NCBI GenBank assembly: GCA_964244965.1
Contig: CAXTLO010000001.1
Location: forward strand, 1-38,997
Reading direction: 5' to 3'
Length of the DNA stretch: 38,997 bases
DNA from: an uncultured Marisediminicola sp.
GTDB taxonomy: Bacteria; Actinomycetota; Actinomycetes; Actinomycetales; Microbacteriaceae
Shown: positions 1-8,877 of the stretch, in pieces
Layout: every line of letters begins with the position of its first letter
Numbering within the stretch: the first letter of the stretch is position 1
Notes under the pieces: model-generated
Database searches by the model: none
Seen by the model: only the letters and a program-made list of their open reading frames with translations
What the model was told of the DNA's origin: nothing
Program-made: the position numbers and the translations under genes

Positions 1-69
1 CTGTCCTACGGTAGCCCACGGTGCCGTCAGCGCTGCCTGCGCACCGACCCGTGGCTCTACGCTTGTGGC

Positions 70-846
70 ATGCAGGAAGCGCACGACGGGTCGAATGTCG
101 ACGCCGAGCCCGGAGCCGATCTCCCGAACATTCCGCTGCTCGACGACGCCATTGAAAACGACGCGATCGACGACGGGGACGCCGTCGGCCGGACCAGGAC
201 CGGCGATCCCAAACCCACCTGGAGGGGATGGATCCACGCCGGCACGTTCCCCCTGGCGATCGTGCTGGGGATCGTGCTCCTGGTGCTGGCGGACGGCACA
301 GCTGCGAAGGTGAGCTCCGCGGTCTTCGTGCTCTCGTCACTGCTCCTGTTCGGTATCTCGGCGCTGTACCACCGCATCGACTGGAGCGATCGGGTCAAAC
401 GGCTGCTGAAGCGGCTCGACCACGCGAACATCTTCCTGCTGATCGCGGGTTCCTACACACCGATCACCGTCCTGGCGCTCGAACCGGCGAAGTCCGGCCT
501 GCTGCTGTCGCTGGTGTGGATCGGCGCCGGCCTAGGGATCCTTTTCCGGATCTTCTGGATCGGTGCCCCGCGTTGGCTGTACGTGCCGTTGTACCTACTG
601 CTCGGCTACGCGGCGCTCGCGTTCCTCGGGGACTTCTTTGCCGCAAACGCGGCGATGATGACGTTGATCCTCGTCGGCGGCCTCTGCTACACCGTCGGCG
701 CGATCTTCTACGCGCTCAAGCGACCCAACCCCATCCCAGGCGTGTTCGGCTTCCACGAGCTGTTCCACACGCTCACCCTCGCCGCGTTTCTCTGCCACTG
801 GGTCGCGATCCTGCTGGTGGCGACCGACCCGCCGAGCTTCAGCTGA
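70..846 (+). CDS. Hemolysin III / PAQR family membrane protein (TrhA/YqfA-like)
   Basis: Multiple TM helices; motifs RGWIH, SALYH, RLDHANIFLLIAGSYTP, GFHELFH. TACGCT (58-63) lies 6 nt before the ATG, suggesting a leaderless start. Confidence 0.92.
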   Translation: MQEAHDGSNVDAEPGADLPNIPLLDDAIENDAIDDGDAVGRTRTGDPKPTWRGWIHAGTFPLAIVLGIVLLVLADGTAAKVSSAVFVLSSLLLFGISALYHRIDWSDRVKRLLKRLDHANIFLLIAGSYTPITVLALEPAKSGLLLSLVWIGAGLGILFRIFWIGAPRWLYVPLYLLLGYAALAFLGDFFAANAAMMTLILVGGLCYTVGAIFYALKRPNPIPGVFGFHELFHTLTLAAFLCHWVAILLVATDPPSFS

Positions 847-861
847 CCGGTGCGCCCGGGC

Positions 862-1164
862 TCATCGCCTGTCGCCGTCCGACGATCGGATGTCGCGCAG
901 GCCGTGCTCCGGGTCGGTGTCGTCCGGCATCCGGGCAGCATCCTGCGTGCCCCCTGCATCCGACTGCTCGGCGTCGAGCTTCTCACCGATCTCCACGCGG
1001 TACCGGGTGCGGCGGATGCGACGTGTCATGTCGAGCACCAGCAGCACGACGGCCGCCGCGACCAGGAAGGTGACGATGAACCCGAGCACGCCGGGAGTGA
1101 CGGTATCGGGGTCGAACTGCAGCGCGCGGGTAAGCCCGGGATCAAGCAGATGGTGCCTTGTCAC
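862..1164 (-). CDS. Small conserved membrane protein (single TM, VTPGxxGF...DMxRRIRR type)
   Basis: AGGAG RBS before the GTG; one hydrophobic helix followed by DMTRRIRRTRYR; typical neighbour of hemolysin III/DUF4307 in actinobacteria. Confidence 0.75.
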   Translation of the reverse strand: MTRHHLLDPGLTRALQFDPDTVTPGVLGFIVTFLVAAAVVLLVLDMTRRIRRTRYRVEIGEKLDAEQSDAGGTQDAARMPDDTDPEHGLRDIRSSDGDRR

Positions 1165-1250
1165 GGGACTCCTAGCGAACTCGAATAGCCTGTGCTGGTC
1201 AGCCTAATCGCCCCGCCTGGAGCCGCTCCGGGTGAATGGGAAGGACCAAC

Positions 1251-1664
1251 ATGTCGGCCGCTCTCGGCACGCAGCCCGACCTCGATGAGCGATACGGTCG
1301 CACGCCTGGACGTCGTCGACGCAACCGGCGTTTCGGGTGGATCGCCGGCGGCGGATTCGTCGCGGTTCTCGGGGCCTGGGTCGTCTGGGGCGGGATCGAC
1401 GCCATCGGCGGTGGGATCGACACTCTGGACGTCGGTCACCGCGTGCTCGACGAGACGTCCGTCAGCGTCACCTGGCAGATGACGATGGAGCCGGGTTTAG
1501 GCGCCACCTGCGCGATCGAGGCGCAGAACGAGCTGCACGGAATCGTCGGCTGGGAGATCGTCGAGGTTCCCGCCTCCGACCAGCGCATCCGCAAATTCAC
1601 CGAGACGGTGAACACCGTCGAGCCTGCCGTGACCGGCTTGATCTACCGCTGCTGGCCCGCGTAA
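1251..1664 (+). CDS. DUF4307 family membrane protein
   Basis: AAGGA RBS, then MSAALG..LDERYGR, one TM, CAIEAQNELHGIVG and C-terminal GLIYRCW; sits directly upstream of greA. Confidence 0.85.
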   Translation: MSAALGTQPDLDERYGRTPGRRRRNRRFGWIAGGGFVAVLGAWVVWGGIDAIGGGIDTLDVGHRVLDETSVSVTWQMTMEPGLGATCAIEAQNELHGIVGWEIVEVPASDQRIRKFTETVNTVEPAVTGLIYRCWPA

Positions 1665-1681
1665 ACTCGCTGAACCAGTGC

Positions 1682-1713
1682 GAGACCGGCCGATCGGCCG
1701 GTCTCATTTGTTT
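1682..1713 (+). terminator. Intrinsic terminator / attenuator hairpin upstream of greA
   Basis: Perfect 24-bp inverted repeat GAGACCGGCCGA-TCGGCCGGTCTC (1682-1705) followed by ATTTGTTT. Confidence 0.75.
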
Positions 1714-1752
1714 GGAGCGCGTACACCCGGCGCGGATACCCGAGGAGCGACC

Positions 1753-2241
1753 ATGGCCACCGGATCTATTGAGACCTGGCTCACCCAGGAAGCGTTCGAC
1801 CGACGAGCGGCGGAACTCGAGCAGCTGTCGGGCGAGGGCCGCACCGAGATCGCCAAGAAGATCGAGGCGGCGCGTGACGAGGGCGATCTGAAGGAGAACG
1901 GCGGCTACCACGCCGCCAAGGAGGAGCAGGGCAAGATCGAGGCGCGCATCCGCGTGCTGACCGAACTGCTTCGTCACGCGAAGGTCGGCGCTGCACAGTC
2001 CGACGGTCATGTGGCCCCCGGATCGGTCATCTCGGCCACCATCCAGGGTGACGACAGCGTGTTCCTCCTCGGCAGCCGTGAGATCGTCGATGCCGACACC
2101 GACCTCGACGTCTACTCGGAGGGAAGTCCGCTCGGCGCGGCGATACTCGGGCACAGCGTCGGCGACACGGTGGTGTACACCGCTCCCAACGGTCGCGAGA
2201 TCACCGTCGTGATCGTGAAGGTCGAGCCGTACACCGCCTAA
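1753..2241 (+). CDS. greA: Transcription elongation factor GreA
   Basis: GAGGAG RBS; WLTQEA, ARDEGDLKENGGYHAAKEEQGKIEARI, YSEGSPLGAAILG. Confidence 0.97.
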   Translation: MATGSIETWLTQEAFDRRAAELEQLSGEGRTEIAKKIEAARDEGDLKENGGYHAAKEEQGKIEARIRVLTELLRHAKVGAAQSDGHVAPGSVISATIQGDDSVFLLGSREIVDADTDLDVYSEGSPLGAAILGHSVGDTVVYTAPNGREITVVIVKVEPYTA

Positions 2242-2321
2242 TCAGCAGTCGACACCGATCAGTAGCCGACACCGATCAGTAGTCGACACCGATCAGTAGT
2301 CGACACCGATCAGTAGTCGAC
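2241..2321. repeat. 17-bp tandem repeat, about 4.8 copies (ATCAGTAGTCGACACCG)
   Basis: Units start at 2241, 2258, 2275, 2292 and 2309. The first two have one mismatch each; the last is the ilvA 3' end. Confidence 0.95.
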
Positions 2322-3596
2322 GCGGGGGTCGTAGTCCGCGGCCCGTAGGTGTCCCAGTACGCTGCGGACGTGCTCGGGTCCCCGGGTCTCCACGCTCAGC
2401 TCGATCTCCACTTCGCTGATGAGCGAGTTGCGTCCGTGTCGGGTATGCAGCACCTCGACGACATTGGCGTTGGCCTCCGAGATCAGTTCGGCAACCCGCG
2501 CGAGCTGTCCGGGGCGATCCGGGAGCATCATCCGGATCTTCAGGTAGCGCTCGGAGGCCACCAGCCCGCGCGAGATGATCCGCTCCATCACCATGGGGTC
2601 GATGTTGCCGCCGCTGAGCACCGCGACGGTGGTACCGAGGTCGCGCAATTGGCCCGTGAGGATCGCCGCGACCGCGACCGCGCCCGCCGGTTCCACGACG
2701 AGCTTCGCGCGCTCGAGCAGCACGAGCAGGGCGCGGGCGGTGTCGTCATCGGTCACCGTCACGATCTCGTCGACGGAGTCGCGGATGATGTCGAAATTGA
2801 GCACGCCCGGACGTGAGACCGCGATGCCGTCGGAGATGGTCGGCAGCATCGTGATCTCGGTCGGCACACCCTGCTCGAGCGACGGCGGGTACGCCGCGGC
2901 GTTGGCGGCCTGCACGCCGATGACACGCACCGTGCGCCCGTCGCGAGCGGCTCGCTGCTTGAGTGCGCTCGCGACGCCGGAGAGCAGTCCTCCACCACCG
3001 ACGGGCACGATGACGCTGTCGAGGTCGTGCACCTGATCGAGCATCTCCAGGCCGAGCGTGCCTTGCCCTGCGACCACGTCGGGATGATCGAACGGCGGGA
3101 TGAGCACGGCGCCGTTGACGCGGGCGAACTCGGCGGCGGCACGCAGCGGCTCGGCGACAGTGTGCCCGCGGAGGATGACATCGGCTCCGTAATTACGGGT
3201 CGCCTGCAGCTTCGGGAGAGCCACACCGACCGGCATGAAGATGGTTGCGGCGATCCCGAGTTCGCGGGCGGCGAAGGCCACTCCCTGTGCATGATTTCCG
3301 GCGGACGCCGCCACGACGCCACGGGCACGCTGCTCGGGAGACAACTGGGCGAGTCGGTTGTAGGCGCCCCGGATCTTGTACGACCCGGTGCGCTGCAGGT
3401 TCTCGCACTTGAGGTACACCGGTGAGCCGAGCACTTCCGCGAGGTAGCGGGAGCTCTCCATCGGAGTGACGTCCGCGACGCGGGCCACCAGCTCGCGCGC
3501 CCGCTCGATCTCGGCGAGCGTCGGACCGGGGATGCCGGCACCGACTGGAGCGGTCGGCGGCGAGGCGGCGACCTCGGGCAGCGTTGTGTCAGGCAT
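2310..3596 (-). CDS. ilvA: Threonine ammonia-lyase (PLP) with C-terminal ACT domain
   Basis: LKCENLQRTGSYKIRGA, ASAGNHAQGVA, PVGGGGL, SGGNID, PDRPGQL (ACT). Confidence 0.95.
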   Translation of the reverse strand: MPDTTLPEVAASPPTAPVGAGIPGPTLAEIERARELVARVADVTPMESSRYLAEVLGSPVYLKCENLQRTGSYKIRGAYNRLAQLSPEQRARGVVAASAGNHAQGVAFAARELGIAATIFMPVGVALPKLQATRNYGADVILRGHTVAEPLRAAAEFARVNGAVLIPPFDHPDVVAGQGTLGLEMLDQVHDLDSVIVPVGGGGLLSGVASALKQRAARDGRTVRVIGVQAANAAAYPPSLEQGVPTEITMLPTISDGIAVSRPGVLNFDIIRDSVDEIVTVTDDDTARALLVLLERAKLVVEPAGAVAVAAILTGQLRDLGTTVAVLSGGNIDPMVMERIISRGLVASERYLKIRMMLPDRPGQLARVAELISEANANVVEVLHTRHGRNSLISEVEIELSVETRGPEHVRSVLGHLRAADYDPRVDY

Positions 3597-4767
3597 TCAG
3601 TCGCAGGTCCCTTTCGTCTGGATCGGTGGTGATGCGCCACGCCCCGCTGACCATGTACTTGACGATCACGTTCACCGTAGCCACAACCGGCACGGCGAAT
3701 AGCGCACCGGGGATCCCGGCGAGGAATCCTCCCGATGCGACGGCGACCACCACGGCGAGCGGGTGCACTTTGACCGCCGCGCCCATGATGAGCGGCTGCA
3801 GCACGTGTCCCTCGATCTGCTGCACGAGCAGCACGATTCCGAGCATCAGGAGCGCAGCGAGCGGGTTGAGGAAGATGAGCGCGATCACGACGGCGAGGGC
3901 GCCCGAGAGCACCGCTCCGACGACGGGCACGAACGACCCGAGGAAGACGGCGATCGCGATCGGGATCACCAGGGGGAAACCCCCGAAGAACAGCCCGAGG
4001 ATCCAGGCGCCGAGGCCGATGCCGATCGCGTCGACGGCAGCGACGAAGATCTGCACGCGCACGAAGGTGGTGAGCGTGACCCAGCCGGCCGTCGCCGATC
4101 CGTCCACCGGCGGACGCGCCCGCCGCGGAAAGAGCCGCACGAACCAGTTCCAGATCCCTCGGCCGTCGATGAGCAGGAACAGCGTCGTGAACAGCGTGAG
4201 GAGCAGCCCCGCCGCCACATGGCCCGCAGTGGACCCCACCGAGACCACGCCGCTCACGATCGGGTTGCCGTTGGTCTCGAGCAGCGATCCTGCCTGGGCG
4301 ATATAGCCGTCGAGATCGGACTCGGAGATCGCGAGGGGCGAATCGCGCAACAGGACCGTGAACTCTCGGTACGCGGTGACGGCCCGTTGCTGCAGGTCCG
4401 GGAGATCGGAGCGGATCTGCATGACCACCAGCGTGACGAGACCGGAGACGACGGCGATGAGTCCGACTTCCGCGAAGGCCACGGCGAGCCCCTTGGGCCA
4501 CCGGTGCCGTTGCAGGAACTGCACGAGGGGCACGAGGAGAGCGGCGAGCAGGATCGAGATCATGATCGGGATGACGATGAGGCGCAGCTGGATGACCAGG
4601 AACACGAACACGGCGGCGACGGCGAGCAGTGCGAGCAGGCGCCACGCCCAGGCGCCGGCGATGCGCATGCCGAGCGGGATGTATTCGTCCATCGGATCCG
4701 GCACGGGCGGCGGAGCCACCTCGTCGACCGGCGGCCGGGCAGGCGCGGGACGCTTGCCGAAGATCAT
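3589..4767 (-). CDS. AI-2E family transporter (PerM/TqsA-like)
   Basis: Polytopic; FVPVVGA, QQIEGHVLQPLIMG..VKVHP, GALFAVP. TAGACT lies 6 nt before the ATG. Confidence 0.92.
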   Translation of the reverse strand: MIFGKRPAPARPPVDEVAPPPVPDPMDEYIPLGMRIAGAWAWRLLALLAVAAVFVFLVIQLRLIVIPIMISILLAALLVPLVQFLQRHRWPKGLAVAFAEVGLIAVVSGLVTLVVMQIRSDLPDLQQRAVTAYREFTVLLRDSPLAISESDLDGYIAQAGSLLETNGNPIVSGVVSVGSTAGHVAAGLLLTLFTTLFLLIDGRGIWNWFVRLFPRRARPPVDGSATAGWVTLTTFVRVQIFVAAVDAIGIGLGAWILGLFFGGFPLVIPIAIAVFLGSFVPVVGAVLSGALAVVIALIFLNPLAALLMLGIVLLVQQIEGHVLQPLIMGAAVKVHPLAVVVAVASGGFLAGIPGALFAVPVVATVNVIVKYMVSGAWRITTDPDERDLRLNA

Positions 4768-4776
4768 CGGGTCAGT

Positions 4777-5823
4777 CTAGGCGGGGGGACCTGCGGAGAC
4801 CGCGTGCGCTGTAACCGCGACCCGGACACGCTCGCCGACGGCCGGGCGGAGTGCTGAACCATGCTGGACCGACACCGTCACCTCGGAGTCCAGTCGCACG
4901 ATCGTGCGCCGGATCGAACCGAGGAAGCTGGTCGAGACGACCGTTCCTGGCGCTCCGTCCGCGGTGAGTGTGAGATCCTCCGGCCGCACCAGCGCGGTCA
5001 CCGGTCCGTCGTCTCGAGCGGCCCCGACGAGGGCGACGGAGTGATCGAGAACCTGCACCCTCCCGCGATCCAGCCGGGCGGGAACGCGATTGCTGAGCCC
5101 GACGAACTCCGCCACGAAGTCGGTGGCCGGCCGCGCGTATAGGTCTTCGGGGGTGCCGATCTGGTCGATCCGGCCCTCCCGCATCACCCCGACCCGGTCG
5201 GCGATGGCGAGCGCCTCCTCCTGGTCGTGGGTGACGAAGACGGTCGTGATGGCCAACTCGGTCTGAAGGCGCCGGATCTCCTCTCGCAGCTGAACCCGCA
5301 CTCTCGCGTCGAGGGCGGACAGCGGCTCGTCGAGCAGGAGCACCTGCGGTCGGGTGACCAGAGCTCGCGCGAGTGCGACTCGCTGCTGCTGGCCCCCCGA
5401 GAGCTGATGCGCGTAGCGGTCGGCCAGATGAGCGAGTCCGACCAGGTCGAGCGTGTCATCCGCACGCCGGCGACGCTCGGATGCGGGGACCTTCCGCATC
5501 CGCAGGCCGAACTCGACGTTCTCCCGGGCGCTCAGGTGAGGGAACAGCGAGTAGGACTGGAACACCATCCCGATATCCCGTCGGTTCGCCGGCAGCGCCT
5601 CGACGTCGCGGTCACCGATGCTGATGTGGCCGCCATCGATCCGCTCGAGACCGGCAAGGCACCGCAGAGCGGTCGTCTTCCCGCATCCGGACGGACCGAG
5701 CAGGGCGACGAGCTCCCCCGGTTCGAGGAGCAGGTCGACGCCGTGAAGTGCGCGCTGGGTCCCGTAGTCCTTGACCACCCCGCGCAGCTCGACCGCGACA
5801 GACGGATTCCGGTGCTCGATCAT
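4777..5823 (-). CDS. ABC transporter ATP-binding subunit (PotA/AfuC/FbpC class) with TOBE domain
   Basis: Walker A GPSGCGKTT, LSGGQQQRVALARA, LLLDEP, VTHDQEEA. ATG at 5823 overlaps the upstream permease stop; AGGAG RBS. Confidence 0.93.
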   Translation of the reverse strand: MIEHRNPSVAVELRGVVKDYGTQRALHGVDLLLEPGELVALLGPSGCGKTTALRCLAGLERIDGGHISIGDRDVEALPANRRDIGMVFQSYSLFPHLSARENVEFGLRMRKVPASERRRRADDTLDLVGLAHLADRYAHQLSGGQQQRVALARALVTRPQVLLLDEPLSALDARVRVQLREEIRRLQTELAITTVFVTHDQEEALAIADRVGVMREGRIDQIGTPEDLYARPATDFVAEFVGLSNRVPARLDRGRVQVLDHSVALVGAARDDGPVTALVRPEDLTLTADGAPGTVVSTSFLGSIRRTIVRLDSEVTVSVQHGSALRPAVGERVRVAVTAHAVSAGPPA

Positions 5824-6632
5824 CGTCGGCTCCTGCGGGTGTCGGTGGTGAGACGCCCGATCACCAGCAGCAGCGCGAAGGCGAAGGCCAGCGCAAGCAG
5901 AGCGACGATGATCGCGACGTAGGCGTCGCTCTTGGATACCTGCAGAATCGCGGTCTGCAGGTTCGAGCGATTGAGTAGAGAGGCGATCGTGAACTCCCCG
6001 AGCACGACGGCCACCGAGATGAATGAGGCGGCGAGCATCCCTCGCCGGAGGTTCGGTACGAGCACGCGCCACATCGTGGTGGCCCACCCGGCTCCGAGCG
6101 AGCGGGCGGCTTCGCTCAGAGTGGTCAGGTCGACGGCGTCCAGATTCGACTGGATGGCCCGATGCGCGTACGGGAGCACGGTGATCCCGTAGGCGAAGGC
6201 CAGGGACCAGACGGATCCGCCCACGATCCGGACCACCACCGCGTAGACCGGGGCGAGACCGACCACCAACACGATCGCGGGAATGGTGATGGGGATGATG
6301 CAGACGAACTCCAGCGCACGCCGCAGGGACCGGAATCGTAGTTGCACCAGCACCATCGTGGGGAGGAGGAGCACGAGCACGATGGCGACGGTCACCAGTG
6401 CGAGCACGAGCGAATTGCCCGCCCCCACCAGGAGTTGCCGATACCGCGAGTTCTGCTCCGGGTCGGCGAGGCCCACCCAGTGGTCGAGCGTGTAGCCGCC
6501 GGCCAGCCCGTCGCGGAAGGTGAACTCGATCATCGCGACGATCGGGACGAGGAACACCACGATGACGGTCCCGAGGATGAGCCGGCGCGCGAGCGGGCCC
6601 GGTTCGGCCCCGAGTCTCGCGGCCGGCGTCAC
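5820..6632 (-). CDS. ABC transporter permease (PotC-like)
   Basis: EAARSLGA loop and about 6 TMs. GTG start at 6632 overlaps the upstream stop (GTGA). Confidence 0.9.
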   Translation of the reverse strand: MTPAARLGAEPGPLARRLILGTVIVVFLVPIVAMIEFTFRDGLAGGYTLDHWVGLADPEQNSRYRQLLVGAGNSLVLALVTVAIVLVLLLPTMVLVQLRFRSLRRALEFVCIIPITIPAIVLVVGLAPVYAVVVRIVGGSVWSLAFAYGITVLPYAHRAIQSNLDAVDLTTLSEAARSLGAGWATTMWRVLVPNLRRGMLAASFISVAVVLGEFTIASLLNRSNLQTAILQVSKSDAYVAIIVALLALAFAFALLLVIGRLTTDTRRSRR

Positions 6633-7561
6633 CGCTGCCACCGGCTCGTCCGGGCCTGGAGCACCGAGTAGCCCGTCATGACGAGCACCATCACCACGAT
6701 CATCCCGAGCGCGAGGGCGCCTGCGACATTCGCGCGTCCCAGCACCGTCTCGCTGATGAGCGCGCCGCGGATCTGCAGTGGCACGATCTGGGCGCCCTGG
6801 CTGATCAGAGCGGCCGCGGTGGCGTAGGAGGAGAAGGCGTTGGCGAACAGGAGGAGCAGACTGCCGAAGAAAGCGGGCGCCAGTACCGGACCAGCCACAC
6901 GCGTCCAATACGTCAGGCGGGTGCCGCCGAGGATGGCGTTCGCTTCGGCCCAGCTCGCCTTCAGTCCCTCGAGCGCCGGCATGAACGTGATCACCATGAG
7001 CGGCACCTGGAAGTAGAGGTACGGCAGCAGCAGACCGGGAACCTGGTAGAGCCACAGCTCCTGCGCGAAGATGTCGATACCGAGCGCGTCGCGGAGGAGG
7101 ACCGTGACCAGCCCCTGCACCCCGATCGTCGCGATGAACGCGAAGGCGAGGATGACTCCTCCGAACTGGGCGAGCACCCCGCTGGCCGAATCGATGATCG
7201 TGCGCAGCCTGCTATGCGCGGAGGTGCCGAGAAGGGCGTAGCAGACGAGCGCCCCCACGACGGCGCCGACGACAGCGGTCACCGCGGACACCCAGATCGA
7301 GCTCGCGAAGGCGTCGAGGATCACCGGATCCGTGAGCGCGCCGAGATTGTCGAGAGTCGGAGCGCCGTCCGCATCGAGGAACCCGGTACCCACCGCGATG
7401 GCGGTCGGCACGACGAGGAACACGATCACGTACACGGCGAACGGCGCCAACCCGAGGTAGGGCAGAAGGCGTGCCGATCCGGGTTTTGGCCGCATATCCG
7501 GGTGCGGCGGGTCCTCCGGAGCCGCCGCACCGCCAATCGTCGTAGCGGCGACCACGGTCAT
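6629..7561 (-). CDS. ABC transporter permease (PotB-like)
   Basis: FGGVILAFAF, YLYFQVPLM, WAEANAILGG loop. Start position is approximate. Confidence 0.88.
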   Translation of the reverse strand: MTVVAATTIGGAAAPEDPPHPDMRPKPGSARLLPYLGLAPFAVYVIVFLVVPTAIAVGTGFLDADGAPTLDNLGALTDPVILDAFASSIWVSAVTAVVGAVVGALVCYALLGTSAHSRLRTIIDSASGVLAQFGGVILAFAFIATIGVQGLVTVLLRDALGIDIFAQELWLYQVPGLLLPYLYFQVPLMVITFMPALEGLKASWAEANAILGGTRLTYWTRVAGPVLAPAFFGSLLLLFANAFSSYATAAALISQGAQIVPLQIRGALISETVLGRANVAGALALGMIVVMVLVMTGYSVLQARTSRWQR

Positions 7562-7571
7562 CGGTGGCCGC

Positions 7572-8687
7572 CTAGCCGATCGCCGCGGCCCATCGCTCCG
7601 CAAGCAGGGCCGCAGCGGCTTCGCTCTCCTCGGTGCTGGGTGTCACGAGCTCCTCGGGGAGTTCGCCGACCGTCTCGAGCGCGTCCTGGTCGACGTCGCC
7701 GCTCTCGATCAGCGCCGGCAGCGTCACCGGGTAGGCACCGGCAGCGAGGTACAGGTTCTGCGCCGTCGGGCTGTAGATGAACTCCTGCCAGAGGCGGGCC
7801 GCGGCCGGGTGTGGAGCGTCGACATTGATCGCCTGGTTGTAGTAGCTGGTGTAGGCGACTCCCGGCAGGGTCGTGACCTGCCACCCGTCGACGTTCGCGG
7901 CGACGGCGAGGTTGTTGTAGCTCCAGTCGAAGACCACCGGGGTCTCCCCCGATGCGATGGTCGCTTCGGTCGGATCGAGCGGGAGGAAGTTGCCGACGTC
8001 ATTGAGCTCTTCGAAGAAGTCGATCCCCGGTGTGAAGTCGCTGAGCTCGCCGCTCTCCTGTGCGGCGGCGAGACCTACTGCGGCGAAGCCGGCACCGGCC
8101 TGCGTCGGATCGCCGTTGATGGCCACCGCTCCGCGAAACTCCTCGGTGAGCAGATCGTCGAGGCTCTCAGGAGCGTCGACCTCGTTCGAGTTGTAGCCGA
8201 TCGACATGCTTCCCGTGTAGTCGTTGACCCACAGGCCGGTCTCCTCCTTGTATTCGTCCGGGATGTCGTCCCAATTGGCGACCTGATAGGGCGCGAAGTA
8301 ATCGAGGCTGTCGAGCGCGACGGCGGTACCGAGATCGAATACGTCTGGCGCGGTGTCCTGCCCGCGCAGATTGTCGGCCGCGGTGATCTCCTCGGCACTG
8401 GAGATGTCGGGGTCGGCCGAGTTCACCGTGATGCCGTACTCGTCCTGGAACGCCTGGATGATCTGACCGTAGTTCGCCCAGTTCTCCGGAAGCGCGATGA
8501 CGTTGAGCTGACCCTCGGCCTTGGCCGCTTCGACGAGCGCATCCATCCCGCCGAGATCCTCCGCGCTGGTGGCGGTGGCGGCGTCGGTGGCAGATGCGGG
8601 TTCCGACTCTGGTGCTGCGCACCCGGTGAGCACGACGGCGCCGGCGAGCAGAGCGACGCCGGCGATGGAGCGGATGGTGATGGCCAC
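7572..8687 (-). CDS. ABC transporter substrate-binding lipoprotein (AfuA/PotD-like; substrate unknown)
   Basis: CAGGAGG RBS before the GTG; lipobox VLTGC; NVIALPENWANYG, APHPAAARLWQEF. Confidence 0.88.
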   Translation of the reverse strand: MAITIRSIAGVALLAGAVVLTGCAAPESEPASATDAATATSAEDLGGMDALVEAAKAEGQLNVIALPENWANYGQIIQAFQDEYGITVNSADPDISSAEEITAADNLRGQDTAPDVFDLGTAVALDSLDYFAPYQVANWDDIPDEYKEETGLWVNDYTGSMSIGYNSNEVDAPESLDDLLTEEFRGAVAINGDPTQAGAGFAAVGLAAAQESGELSDFTPGIDFFEELNDVGNFLPLDPTEATIASGETPVVFDWSYNNLAVAANVDGWQVTTLPGVAYTSYYNQAINVDAPHPAAARLWQEFIYSPTAQNLYLAAGAYPVTLPALIESGDVDQDALETVGELPEELVTPSTEESEAAAALLAERWAAAIG

Positions 8688-8877
8688 GGGTTTCCTCCTG
8701 AATGTGCCGATAGCCCGTGCTGACGCGGGCGGAGTGATCTCGGTACGCAATCCGGACGCTAGGGATGGCACATGCCCGACGGGCATCCGAGGTCACAACA
8801 ACGCGTGAACGGATGGTGGCTCGCCGGTGCCCTCATGGGCGCGGATGTGTCGGTGGATGCCGATATCGTTCTGGGCC

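Noticed and set aside
70-846. Hemolysin as a virulence factor
   Set aside because: Hemolysin III/PAQR proteins are widespread housekeeping membrane proteins at this conserved locus.
2241-2321. Possible mini-CRISPR array
   Set aside because: Units are 17 bp and directly adjacent, with no unique spacers and no cas genes; this is a simple tandem repeat.
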